A stretch of DNA of 64,000 nt from positions 39,405 to 103,404 of the forward strand of contig JASFYR010000022.1 in the NCBI GenBank assembly GCA_045047115.1, given 5' to 3'. This DNA is from Sulfurospirillum sp. (GTDB lineage: Bacteria; Campylobacterota; Campylobacteria; Campylobacterales; Sulfurospirillaceae). Shown one piece after another: positions 39,583 through 49,538 of this stretch. The position numbers and the translations under genes were made by a program. Position 1 is the first letter of the stretch, and each line of letters begins with the position of its first letter. The notes below the pieces were generated by a model that did not search any database, was not told the origin of the DNA, and was given only the letters and a program-made list of their open reading frames with translations.

Positions 39583-40875
39583 ATGCTACAGATAAAAACA
39601 ACAGATAAAATTTTTAAAAATGAGTTTAACAAGCTTCTTCAAAGAGGCAAGATGGATATAGAAAATGTATCCAAAATAGTAAAAAATATAATAGATGAGA
39701 TAAAAACAGATGGCAACAGTGCTGTAAAGAATCAAATAGAAAGATTTGACAGATGGAATCCAAAAGAGGACAAGGAGTTGGAAATACCCACAGACGAGAT
39801 GGAAAAATCTTACAATCTTTTGAACAAAGAGTTAAAAAATGCACTAAATCTAGCTTATAACAGAATTAAAGACTACCATCAAAAACTTTTACCAAAAACA
39901 TGGATGAACGAGGATGAAACAGGCTCGATTTTAGGTCAAAAAATTACAGCAGTTGATCGTGCTGGGCTCTATATACCTGGAGGAAAAGCGGCGTACCCAA
40001 GCTCTCTTTTGATGAATGCCATACCGGCAATAGTAGCAGGTGTAGAGGAGATAATCGTCTGTACACCGGCACCCAATAACGAACTCAACTCCCTGCTTCT
40101 GGCAGCTATGCATCTGTGTGGCATAAAAAAAGCCTATAAGATAGGCGGAGCAAGTGCGATAGCTGCTATGGCAAATGGCACACAAACTATTCCTAAAGTG
40201 GATGTGGTAACGGGTCCAGGAAACATCTTTGTAGCGACTGCTAAAAAACTGGTTTATGGAGAAGTGAATATAGATATGATTGCAGGTCCAAGCGAGATAG
40301 GTATATTGGCAGATAAGAGTGCTGATGCAAAGCTTTTAGCCATAGATCTTCTTTCTCAAGCCGAACACGATGAGATGGCAAGTTCTATTTTGATAACAAC
40401 AGATGAAGAGTTGGCAAATAAAACTCAAAAAGAGATAGAGATTTGGCTAAAAACTTTAAGTAGAGAAAAGATAGCTAGAAGCTCTATAGAAAACAGAGGG
40501 GCTATAATCATCGCAAAAGATATGGATGAAGCCATAAATTTGATGAACAAAATAGCACCTGAACACTTAGAAATAATGTGTAAAGACGCCATGAGTTTTT
40601 TGCCGAAGATAAAGCATGCAGGAGCTATATTTTTAGGAAGATATACACCCGAGCCTATAGGAGACTATATAGCAGGACCAAATCATACACTACCAACAGG
40701 CGGAACTGCTAGATTTTATTCTCCACTTGGTGTTGATAATTTTATAAAAAAATCCTCTATCATTTGTATGAGTAAAAAAGGTATAGAGATGATTGGAGAA
40801 GAGTGTTCTTTACTCGCACAGACAGAGGGTTTAACTGCCCATGCCACTTCCGTAGAAGAGAGACTGAAGTCTTAG
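39583..40875 (+). CDS. hisD: Histidinol dehydrogenase
   Basis: GLYIPGG, YPSSLLM, GPGNIFV, IDMIAGPSE, SQAEHD, APEHL, GDYIAGPNHTLPT; ATG 39583 with AAGGA RBS. Confidence 0.97.
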   Translation: MLQIKTTDKIFKNEFNKLLQRGKMDIENVSKIVKNIIDEIKTDGNSAVKNQIERFDRWNPKEDKELEIPTDEMEKSYNLLNKELKNALNLAYNRIKDYHQKLLPKTWMNEDETGSILGQKITAVDRAGLYIPGGKAAYPSSLLMNAIPAIVAGVEEIIVCTPAPNNELNSLLLAAMHLCGIKKAYKIGGASAIAAMANGTQTIPKVDVVTGPGNIFVATAKKLVYGEVNIDMIAGPSEIGILADKSADAKLLAIDLLSQAEHDEMASSILITTDEELANKTQKEIEIWLKTLSREKIARSSIENRGAIIIAKDMDEAINLMNKIAPEHLEIMCKDAMSFLPKIKHAGAIFLGRYTPEPIGDYIAGPNHTLPTGGTARFYSPLGVDNFIKKSSIICMSKKGIEMIGEECSLLAQTEGLTAHATSVEERLKS

Positions 40876-40938
40876 ATCACTGTATAGTCTAATAGTCTAT
40901 CAATTTTGCTCAGAATCAAATTTGCATGGACTTTTGGA

Positions 40939-40971
40939 TTATGAGACCACTCCATTGTGCTGTGGTCTCAT
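40939..40971. repeat. REP-like palindrome, copy 3
   Basis: TT-ATGAGACCAC-TCCATTGTGCT-GTGGTCTCAT; loop nearly identical to the copy at 28320; between convergent hisD and tgt. Confidence 0.8.
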
Positions 40972-41027
40972 TATGGTTTAATTTGGTATTGCAATTGCAA
41001 GAGTAACTTTACACCATTTACATTTCA

Positions 41028-42176
<1,149 letters not shown>

Positions 42177-42180
42177 TTAT

Positions 42181-42269
42181 TGATATCAAGCTTTTGCAAA
42201 CTGTTTTGTGAGGCTCAGACCAACGGGAGGATTTGCCTCTAAGAAACAATTCGCAAAAGTTTGATATCA
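42181..42269. other. 89-nt imperfect inverted repeat (structured leader or miniature repeat element)
   Basis: TGATATCAAGCTTTTGC pairs with GCAAAAGTTTGATATCA (17 bp, one G-U); inner TGTTT/AAACA and GAGGC/GCCTC stems. Confidence 0.75.
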
Positions 42270-42280
42270 GTGGAGTACAA

Positions 42281-43690
42281 ATGAAAAAAATTCTTATACT
42301 TGCTGATGGTATTTTAGCGAAATATTTTTTAGAAAGAGTTATATCTTCGCAAGATGGTGAAAATAACTATAGTGTTGTTTATTACAGGGCAGAAACCCTA
42401 CCTGCTGCAAAACCGGAAAATTTTAAATTTTATGAATTTGATCCTACTAGCGAAGAGAAGCTATCAGTTATATTAAATGATGATTATTATCAAGCTATGG
42501 TGCTTGTCTCGACAAAGCTAGATGCCATTGGAACATATAAAAACATTAGAAAACAGAACCCGCAAATGCAGATAGTCATGGTTGATAGATGGGGTCTGGA
42601 GTTTGATGATACCAGACTTCACCTCTTGGATTCTCGTGAGGTTCTATCTTCTCGTTTTATTGATTATCTCCCGGATATGCCGGTTATTGCACAAAATGTA
42701 GGTTTAGGTAAAGGCGAGATTATGGAGATAAGAGTACCTGTGGGAAGCTCATATGCCTATAGACATCTTGGAAATATCGTTCAAAAAAACTGGAGAATTG
42801 CTGCTATATACAGAGTAAATGAGCTTCTTCTTCCAAGAGATTCATTTATGATACAGCCTAATGATGTGCTTTTAGGTATAGGTGATCCAAATGTGCTCAA
42901 AAGTGTATATCATAGTGTAAAAGTAGAGAAAGGACGCTTTCCGCAACCTTTTGGGCAGGTAATCTACTGCTTGATAGATATGCTAAATATGGATGAAGAT
43001 GAAATAGAACTTATACTCAATGATGCTATGCTTTTACACTCAAAGATAAATTCAAAAAAACTTTTTATTAAGGTGGTAAATCCAACATTCTCAAAATTGT
43101 TTGAGAAGATAAAAGGATATAATAGTGATAATATTCTTGTTGATATAGACTATTTTGAAACAGATGGGGCTAAAGTTTTGTCGAAAGATGCCAACACTGT
43201 GGATTTGGGTTTGATAGTTGTTAAAAATAGTTTTTTTGTCAAAAATAAGAAGAGACTTTTTGAGATACGAAAGCCAATATTTAAGATAGGGGTTTGGGGA
43301 TTTTCTGACCTTAAAGAGGCAGTTGTGTTGAGTGGTGACAGTGAGGATGTACAAAAGGAGACTTCTGTAGTGTTTGATTTGTCCATGCAGCTGGATTTGA
43401 AGATAAAATTTTACAATTTTAACCCCCAAAATAGCAAATCACAAGAAGAGTTAGGGGAGTATTTCAAAAATCTTTCCAAGATATTTAATAAAGATGTAGA
43501 TATAATAAGCCCTACGATAAATCCTCTGATAAAGTTGAGAAACGAAAAAGACATACTCCAGTTTGTACCATTTAGTAAAAAAGTTGAAAAATCAAATATC
43601 TTCTCTATTTTTTCAACAAATATGGAGCAGTTGTACTTCAAACTCTCCAAAAGTTATCAGGTTTTTATACCGGTAACTGCAAATGAATAG
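42281..43690 (+). CDS. COG3400-like protein with TrkA-C (RCK_C) domain
   Basis: MKKILILADG, FDPTS, AQNVGLGKGEIME...GSSYAYRH...WRIAAIYR; ATG 42281 with GGAG RBS. Confidence 0.8.
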   Translation: MKKILILADGILAKYFLERVISSQDGENNYSVVYYRAETLPAAKPENFKFYEFDPTSEEKLSVILNDDYYQAMVLVSTKLDAIGTYKNIRKQNPQMQIVMVDRWGLEFDDTRLHLLDSREVLSSRFIDYLPDMPVIAQNVGLGKGEIMEIRVPVGSSYAYRHLGNIVQKNWRIAAIYRVNELLLPRDSFMIQPNDVLLGIGDPNVLKSVYHSVKVEKGRFPQPFGQVIYCLIDMLNMDEDEIELILNDAMLLHSKINSKKLFIKVVNPTFSKLFEKIKGYNSDNILVDIDYFETDGAKVLSKDANTVDLGLIVVKNSFFVKNKKRLFEIRKPIFKIGVWGFSDLKEAVVLSGDSEDVQKETSVVFDLSMQLDLKIKFYNFNPQNSKSQEELGEYFKNLSKIFNKDVDIISPTINPLIKLRNEKDILQFVPFSKKVEKSNIFSIFSTNMEQLYFKLSKSYQVFIPVTANE

Positions 43691-43698
43691 GAAAAAAA

Positions 43699-44742
43699 AT
43701 GAAAGTAAATATAAAATTAACAAACCCTAAAGACAGAAGTTACAATGTACTTATAGACGAACTAAAAGAGTTGAAATTTAGTACAAAAGCAGCTATCATC
43801 ACAAATCCGACCGTAGCAAAATTTCATCTCGATGAGGTTAAATCTCTCATAAAATCTGATGAATTATATGTTATAACCATACCTGATGGTGAAAAATATA
43901 AAAATATGGACACTATAGAGTTTATACTAAATGAGTGTTTTAAACACAGGCTTGATAGAAAATCTATTTTGATAGCTCTTGGTGGTGGTGTGATAGGGGA
44001 TATGACAGGTTTTGCGGCTTCTATCTTTCAAAGAGGTATAGAGTTTGTGCAGATACCGACAACCGTTTTATCTCAAGTAGATGCAAGCGTTGGAGGAAAA
44101 ACAGGAGTAAATTCCAAATATGGCAAAAATCTTATAGGCTCTTTTTGGCAACCAAAAGCTGTACACTGTGAGACAAAATTTTTAAAAACTTTGCCAAAGC
44201 GTGAGTTCAATGCCGGTATAGCAGAGATAATCAAGATGGCAGTAACTTTTAATGCAGAGTTTTTCAAGTGGCTGGAGAAGTGTGATTTAAGGTCTGAATC
44301 AGATCTCAAAACTGCTATCTTAAAGAGCATAGAGACAAAGGCAAAAGTTGTCTCTCTTGATGAGAGAGAAGCTGGAGTGAGAGCAGTGTTGAACTATGGC
44401 CACACCTTTGCTCATGTCATAGAAAATGAAACAAAGTATAAAGTTTTTCTTCACGGTGAGGCTGTTTCTATAGGCATGGTGATGGCAAATGAGTTGGCGC
44501 TTAGGCTGGGACTCATGAGTAGCGAAGAGGCTATCAGGATAAAATATCTGTTACAAAGATACGAATTGCCTACAGATTATGAGATAAAATCCGCTGATGA
44601 TTTTTATGAACACTTTTTCTTAGACAAGAAGAGTAATAAAAACAAAATAACATTTGTATTGGCAAAAGGAATTGGTGATTATGAGATGAAAAAAGATATA
44701 GATAAGAGTTTAATTATGGATATCTTGAGAGATTTTGAGTAA
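43699..44742 (+). CDS. aroB: 3-dehydroquinate synthase
   Basis: DGEKYK, LGGGVIGD, PTTVLSQVDASVGGKTG, LNYGHTFAH, HGEAV. Confidence 0.97.
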   Translation: MKVNIKLTNPKDRSYNVLIDELKELKFSTKAAIITNPTVAKFHLDEVKSLIKSDELYVITIPDGEKYKNMDTIEFILNECFKHRLDRKSILIALGGGVIGDMTGFAASIFQRGIEFVQIPTTVLSQVDASVGGKTGVNSKYGKNLIGSFWQPKAVHCETKFLKTLPKREFNAGIAEIIKMAVTFNAEFFKWLEKCDLRSESDLKTAILKSIETKAKVVSLDEREAGVRAVLNYGHTFAHVIENETKYKVFLHGEAVSIGMVMANELALRLGLMSSEEAIRIKYLLQRYELPTDYEIKSADDFYEHFFLDKKSNKNKITFVLAKGIGDYEMKKDIDKSLIMDILRDFE

Positions 44743-45990
44743 ATGAGTATAAAAAAAGTATATTTTAAGACATTTGGCTGCAGAACAAACATATATGATA
44801 CGCAAATAATGATGCAGAGTCTCAAGGACTTTGAATTAGTAAAAAATGAAGATGAAGCCGACATGGTAGTAGTAAACTCCTGCACTGTTACAAATGGTGC
44901 CGATGTGAGTGCGAGAGGATATATAAATGCCCTGAATCGTAAAGGTAAAAAAGTTTTTATCGGAGGTTGCGGGGCTCTTAGCAAAGGTGAAGAGCTTTTT
45001 GACAAGGGAAAGGTCTTTGGAGTATTTGGGCACTCTGAAAAGGAGAATCTAAACAAGCTTTTGAAAAAAGAGGATAGATTTGTTCAAATTGGAGATCTTA
45101 AATCTCTCGATAAGACTATAGTTGAAGATTATCTTGGCAAAAGTAAAGCTTTCATAAAGATACAAGAGGGGTGCAACTTTAGATGTAGTTACTGTATCAT
45201 CCCTTATGTCAGAGGAGATGCCAGAAGTCAAGATGAGAGTGTTATCTTGGAGCAAATACAGAGACTTGCAAGTCATGGTTTTGGTGAATTTGTTTTAACA
45301 GGTACAAATATAGGCAGTTATGGCAAGGATAAAAACAGTTCTCTTGGAAAACTCATACAAAATATAGGAAAGATAAGAGGCGTCAGGCAAGTGAGGCTTG
45401 GGAGTATAGAACCTGTGCAGATAGATGAGAGTTTTAGGGAGATTTTGCGTGAAAGTTGGCTGGAGAGACATTTACACATTGCACTTCAGCATACAAGCGA
45501 GAAGATGCTTAAAATTATGAGAAGAAGAAACAGGGTTGAGGATGATTTGGAGCTCTTTTGTGAGTTGGAGAGTTTAGGCTTTGCACTGGGAACTGATTTT
45601 ATAGTGGGACATCCCGGAGAAAGCGAAGAGATTTGGAGTGAAGCGATAAAAAAAGTAGGGGAGTTTCCTTTGACTCACATACACTCGTTTACATATTCAA
45701 AAAGAGACGGTACGCCATCGGCAAAGATGAGCGAGTGCGTAAGGGGAGATATAGCAAAATCAAGACTAAAAGAGTTGAATGCTATAATTAAAGGAAAAAA
45801 TTTTAAATTTAGGCAGAAGTTAAAAGTGCCCTTGCAAATTTTAGTGGAAGAGAAAAATGGTGATATATATACGGGTTATGATCAATTTTACAATAAAATA
45901 TTGATAAGCTCTAAAACAGATATAACAAAAGAGTGGGTAAATATAGGAGAATATAATGTTGAAAAAGATAATAACAGGGCTGAATTTTAA
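44743..45990 (+). CDS. mtaB: tRNA t6A37 methylthiotransferase (radical SAM)
   Basis: TFGCRTN, NSCTVT, KIQEGCNFRCSYCIIP, DFIVGHPGE, FTYSKRDGT. Confidence 0.93.
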   Translation: MSIKKVYFKTFGCRTNIYDTQIMMQSLKDFELVKNEDEADMVVVNSCTVTNGADVSARGYINALNRKGKKVFIGGCGALSKGEELFDKGKVFGVFGHSEKENLNKLLKKEDRFVQIGDLKSLDKTIVEDYLGKSKAFIKIQEGCNFRCSYCIIPYVRGDARSQDESVILEQIQRLASHGFGEFVLTGTNIGSYGKDKNSSLGKLIQNIGKIRGVRQVRLGSIEPVQIDESFREILRESWLERHLHIALQHTSEKMLKIMRRRNRVEDDLELFCELESLGFALGTDFIVGHPGESEEIWSEAIKKVGEFPLTHIHSFTYSKRDGTPSAKMSECVRGDIAKSRLKELNAIIKGKNFKFRQKLKVPLQILVEEKNGDIYTGYDQFYNKILISSKTDITKEWVNIGEYNVEKDNNRAEF

Positions 45991-47635
45991 GTCCAAAAAG
46001 CTTTTGATATCGCTTATGGCATTTTCTGTCATAGTGATTTTGCTACTGTTTGGATACATGAAAAATGCACCTGTGATTATAAATCTAAACCACTATGAAA
46101 AGCTTTTGAAGGCAAATATGATAGAAAAAGCCAAAATAGAGCAAAATAAAGTTATCTTATATACCCCTAATGGCTTTTACGCGATAGCAAAAGATGGAAT
46201 TGATATCAAAAAACTTTTGAGAAATGTACCGATAGACACAGCAAACGACACTGTTTTAACGGACGACACAGCTACTATGCTCTTTTTGATAATCTTCTTT
46301 TTGGTGATATTGCTGTTAGCAAGAAAAAGACGAGAAAAAGAGTTGCAAGATATAGAAGGAAAAGAGCAAAAGGCTTTTTCTTTAGATGCGCTTTCGTCTT
46401 TTGATATCCATCCTGCACTCTCAAAGATAAGATTTGATGATGTAGCCGGCATAAAAGATGTAAAAGAGGAGCTTGAAGAGATAGTCGATTTTCTAAAATA
46501 TCCTGCAAAATATAAACAATACGGTATCTCGCTTCCTAGAGGAGTCTTGCTTATAGGACCTCCAGGAGTTGGAAAGACACTTATCGCAAAGGCTGTTGCA
46601 GGTGAAGCAAATGTCCCGTTTTTTTATCAAAGTGGAGCAAGTTTTGTCCAGATATATGTCGGTATGGGAGCAAAAAGAGTAAGGGAACTTTTCGCTCATG
46701 CAAAGGCTTATGCACCCTCTATCATTTTTATAGATGAGATTGATGCGGTTGGAAAAGCCAGAGGGGGTATGAGAAATGACGAGAGAGAGTCAACGCTGAA
46801 TCAGCTCTTGACAGAGATGGATGGATTTGAAGATAGTAGCGGAGTCATCGTCATAGGAGCTACAAACAAGATAGATATCATTGATGAAGCTCTGCTTCGT
46901 TCGGGAAGATTTGATAGGAGAGTTTTCATATCTCTTCCTGATTTGCAAGACAGGGTTGATATACTTAGAGTCTATTTGAAAGATAAACCAAGCGTTGCAA
47001 AAGTAGAAGATATTGCTAAGATGAGTGTTGGTTTTTCAGGAGCGGCACTATCTACTCTTGTAAATGAAGCTGCTATAAATGCGCTGAGACGAAATAGTAA
47101 GATTATAGAAGATGGAGATTTTTACGCTGTCAGGACTAAGGTGCTTTTGGGAAAAACAAAAGTTTTGAGCTTCAGTGATGAAGAGAAAAAAATTCAGTCT
47201 TTATATCAAGGTGCCAAAGTACTTTGTGCGTATTGGTTTGAAGTTGATTTTGATAAAATCACTATAATAAATGATAGATTAAAAGAGATTGATTCTGAGA
47301 TAGAGTCAAAAACAAATATGCTCTCAAAGATAAAAGTTTATCTTTCAGGTATGGTCGCTACAAAACTGAAATATAATGAAAAATTTACAAACTCTACACA
47401 GGATCTAAGGCGTGCTATTGCTATGGCACAAAATATGGTCGAAAATTTTGGTATGGGCGAAAGTATTTTGCCTGCTCAAAATGATATAGAAAAGATTTTA
47501 AATGAAGCCTATGATGAGGTAGAGAAATTTTTACTTGGCATGGAGAAGCCACTGGAAAAAATCTCACAAATTTTATATATCCAGGAGAGTATCAGTAAAG
47601 ATGAAATGAAGAGTTTTATGCATGAAATTTTTTAG
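45956..47635 (+). CDS. FtsH-like membrane AAA+ ATPase lacking HExxH protease motif
   Basis: Two TM helices, GPPGVGKT, IFIDEID, TLNQLLTEMDGF, ALLRSGRFDR; LYQGAK where HEAGH is expected; start uncertain. Confidence 0.88.
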   Translation: MLKKIITGLNFKSKKLLISLMAFSVIVILLLFGYMKNAPVIINLNHYEKLLKANMIEKAKIEQNKVILYTPNGFYAIAKDGIDIKKLLRNVPIDTANDTVLTDDTATMLFLIIFFLVILLLARKRREKELQDIEGKEQKAFSLDALSSFDIHPALSKIRFDDVAGIKDVKEELEEIVDFLKYPAKYKQYGISLPRGVLLIGPPGVGKTLIAKAVAGEANVPFFYQSGASFVQIYVGMGAKRVRELFAHAKAYAPSIIFIDEIDAVGKARGGMRNDERESTLNQLLTEMDGFEDSSGVIVIGATNKIDIIDEALLRSGRFDRRVFISLPDLQDRVDILRVYLKDKPSVAKVEDIAKMSVGFSGAALSTLVNEAAINALRRNSKIIEDGDFYAVRTKVLLGKTKVLSFSDEEKKIQSLYQGAKVLCAYWFEVDFDKITIINDRLKEIDSEIESKTNMLSKIKVYLSGMVATKLKYNEKFTNSTQDLRRAIAMAQNMVENFGMGESILPAQNDIEKILNEAYDEVEKFLLGMEKPLEKISQILYIQESISKDEMKSFMHEIF

Positions 47636-48131
47636 TGGTTTTGGTTTTCAAGGAGAGAGGGAACTCTTTGATAGCTACCTTCAGTACAATGATTTTTGTG
47701 TTGCAGGTTTCAGCTATGGAGCTATAAAAGCTTTTAAATATACCTTTACCTGTAGAAGCAGAATTGATAAACTGCAACTATTTTCTCCTGCTTTTTTCCA
47801 AGATAAAGATGAAAAGTTTAAAAGACTTCAGTCCCTGTTTTTTGCCAAAAACAGTAAATCATATATGGAAGATTTTTTGAAAAAAGCAACATATCCAAGC
47901 AATCTTCATACTGTAAAATATCAAAAAAACAGTACCCTAAAAGAATTAAAAGAACTTTTGAACCATAGATGGGATGAAAAAGAGATCCAAACCATAAAAG
48001 ATAAAAATATAGAGATAGAAGTCTATCTAGGAGAGCTTGATAGCATCATAAATCCAAATTCTGTCTTAGATTTTTTTAAACCATTCGCAACAGTTTATTA
48101 TATAAAAAATGTTGGACATATGCTGATTTGA
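47622..48131 (+). CDS. bioV: Pimeloyl-ACP methyl ester esterase BioV
   Basis: MKFFSGF start, AGFSYGA nucleophile motif, LFSPAFF, YLGELD..I, C-terminal His. Confidence 0.85.
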   Translation: MKFFSGFGFQGERELFDSYLQYNDFCVAGFSYGAIKAFKYTFTCRSRIDKLQLFSPAFFQDKDEKFKRLQSLFFAKNSKSYMEDFLKKATYPSNLHTVKYQKNSTLKELKELLNHRWDEKEIQTIKDKNIEIEVYLGELDSIINPNSVLDFFKPFATVYYIKNVGHMLI

Positions 48132-48133
48132 TT

Positions 48134-48167
48134 ATAAGCTGTTAGTTGCCTGTAACTAACAGCTTAT
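48134..48167. terminator. Bidirectional hairpin between convergent genes
   Basis: ATAAGCTGTTAGTT / AACTAACAGCTTAT 14-bp perfect stem, 6-nt loop. Confidence 0.7.
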
Positions 48168-48613
48168 TCAAAATGTGATAAAATTTTATTTTTATCGGTT
48201 TTTATTAAATCTGCATTAATAACTTTTTCTATAATATTTTTAATATCAGATTCCAAATAATCCATAAATTCTATTGACAACTCTTTGGGTAGTGCTAAAA
48301 ATACTCGTTTTGGTTTTTTCTTTTTGATGATATTGTTGACATCTTCAGAGATCTCTTTGATTGTGAGTCTTTTTTTATTGATTTTTCGATTATTTGTGTG
48401 TTCTTCTGCTGTAGAGCCTTTAAAATTACCGGACTGATCGCTTAAGACTTCACTAATTCTTTTGTGAATACTTATATAGTCTCTATCGTTATATACTTCT
48501 AGATTATATGAAATCTTTAAGTCATTATCAACTATATTTTCAATTTTCTTTACATCAAATATCTTTAATTCTCCCAAATTTGCTACTATAACCATACTGT
48601 TTTCTAGTTTCAT
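48164..48613 (-). CDS. Host-attachment-family-like protein
   Basis: VIVANLGELKIF start, SDQSGNF, FLALP, C-terminal INADLIK pattern; AAGGAG RBS. Confidence 0.6.
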   Translation of the reverse strand: MKLENSMVIVANLGELKIFDVKKIENIVDNDLKISYNLEVYNDRDYISIHKRISEVLSDQSGNFKGSTAEEHTNNRKINKKRLTIKEISEDVNNIIKKKKPKRVFLALPKELSIEFMDYLESDIKNIIEKVINADLIKTDKNKILSHFE

Positions 48614-48630
48614 AATTTTCTCCTTTTGTT

Positions 48631-49233
48631 TTAAATCAATGGTACAAATACAAAACCCGGAAACTCTTCTTGCTTTATCTTGCTTTGTGAAATTTTTTGA
48701 AATCTAAAAATTGAATTTTTAACAGGTACTACAAGTGTAGCACCAATTTTTAGTTGATCAAAAAGAATTTCGGGTGTAGTCTCAGCACTGGCTGAAACTA
48801 AAATCTTATCAAATTTATCGCCAGGCACACCTAGTTTCTCGGTAGCTTTTTTTATAGCACAATGTGCCCCCAGGTCAAACTGCAGAAGATTTCTTTCTCC
48901 TCTCTTAACAAGTTCATCTACCCTCTCTAGTCCAAGCACACTGCCATCTTTCGTGACTATATTGCATAACAGTGCTGTTGTCCATCCTGAACCAGAACCG
49001 ATATCTAGTACTTTATCTCCCTTTTTTGCTGATAAAAGCTCCAGCATAAAAGCTACTGTTGTTGGTTGTGAAATTGTCTGATTTTTCCCGATAGGCAACG
49101 GTCTGTCCATATAAACATACTCTTTGAAATCTTCAGGTGTAAAAAACCTTCTATCTATTGCTTTAAAAGCATTTATGATTTCAGGAGTTTTCAGCACTCC
49201 TGATGCTTTCATGTTTTTTATTAAAGTATCCAT
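48631..49233 (-). CDS. pcm: Protein-L-isoaspartate O-methyltransferase
   Basis: QTISQP, VLDIGSGSGWTTA, FDKILVSA, FVFVPLI; ATG 49233 has GAGG RBS (ORF track start 49287). Confidence 0.92.
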   Translation of the reverse strand: MDTLIKNMKASGVLKTPEIINAFKAIDRRFFTPEDFKEYVYMDRPLPIGKNQTISQPTTVAFMLELLSAKKGDKVLDIGSGSGWTTALLCNIVTKDGSVLGLERVDELVKRGERNLLQFDLGAHCAIKKATEKLGVPGDKFDKILVSASAETTPEILFDQLKIGATLVVPVKNSIFRFQKISQSKIKQEEFPGFVFVPLI

Positions 49234-49538
49234 TTTATTCCTCTGCTTGCAAACAACCTTTTTAGGATATATTTTATATTCACTCATATCATAATCACCG
49301 TTTCTTTTTTAGAAATTCTACATTGATTTATTTTAAAGAACTATCTTTATGATAGTAGACTCAAACATCTTTACTATATCATATAATATAAAAAAAGTCA
49401 AACTGCAAATGTCTTCTCTGATCATTTTTAAGATAAAAGCAACAAGTCCAAATATTTGTAACTATAGGTTTTTCTAAAAATACAGACAGATTTCAGTGTT
49501 AATGATTGTTTTAGTGTGGATAGAGTAGAATTGAAGAC

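Noticed and set aside
40884..41000. Tandem ATAGTCTA twice and palindrome TTGCAATTGCAA near REP copy 3
   Set aside because: Could be an excision footprint, but too short to support.
42181..42269. Long hairpin considered as SRP RNA (ffs) or preQ1 riboswitch for tgt
   Set aside because: Lacks the SRP CAGG...GNRA...AGCA core and the compact preQ1 stem with A-rich tail; kept only as an unexplained structure.
45956..47635. FtsH homolog without zinc-protease motif
   Set aside because: A protease-motif-less FtsH paralogue after mtaB is a known arrangement in Campylobacter and Helicobacter relatives.
49234..49440. N-terminal extension of pcm in the ORF track, or possible pseudogene remnant upstream
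   Set aside because: Better RBS at 49233; upstream frames are short and unrecognisable.
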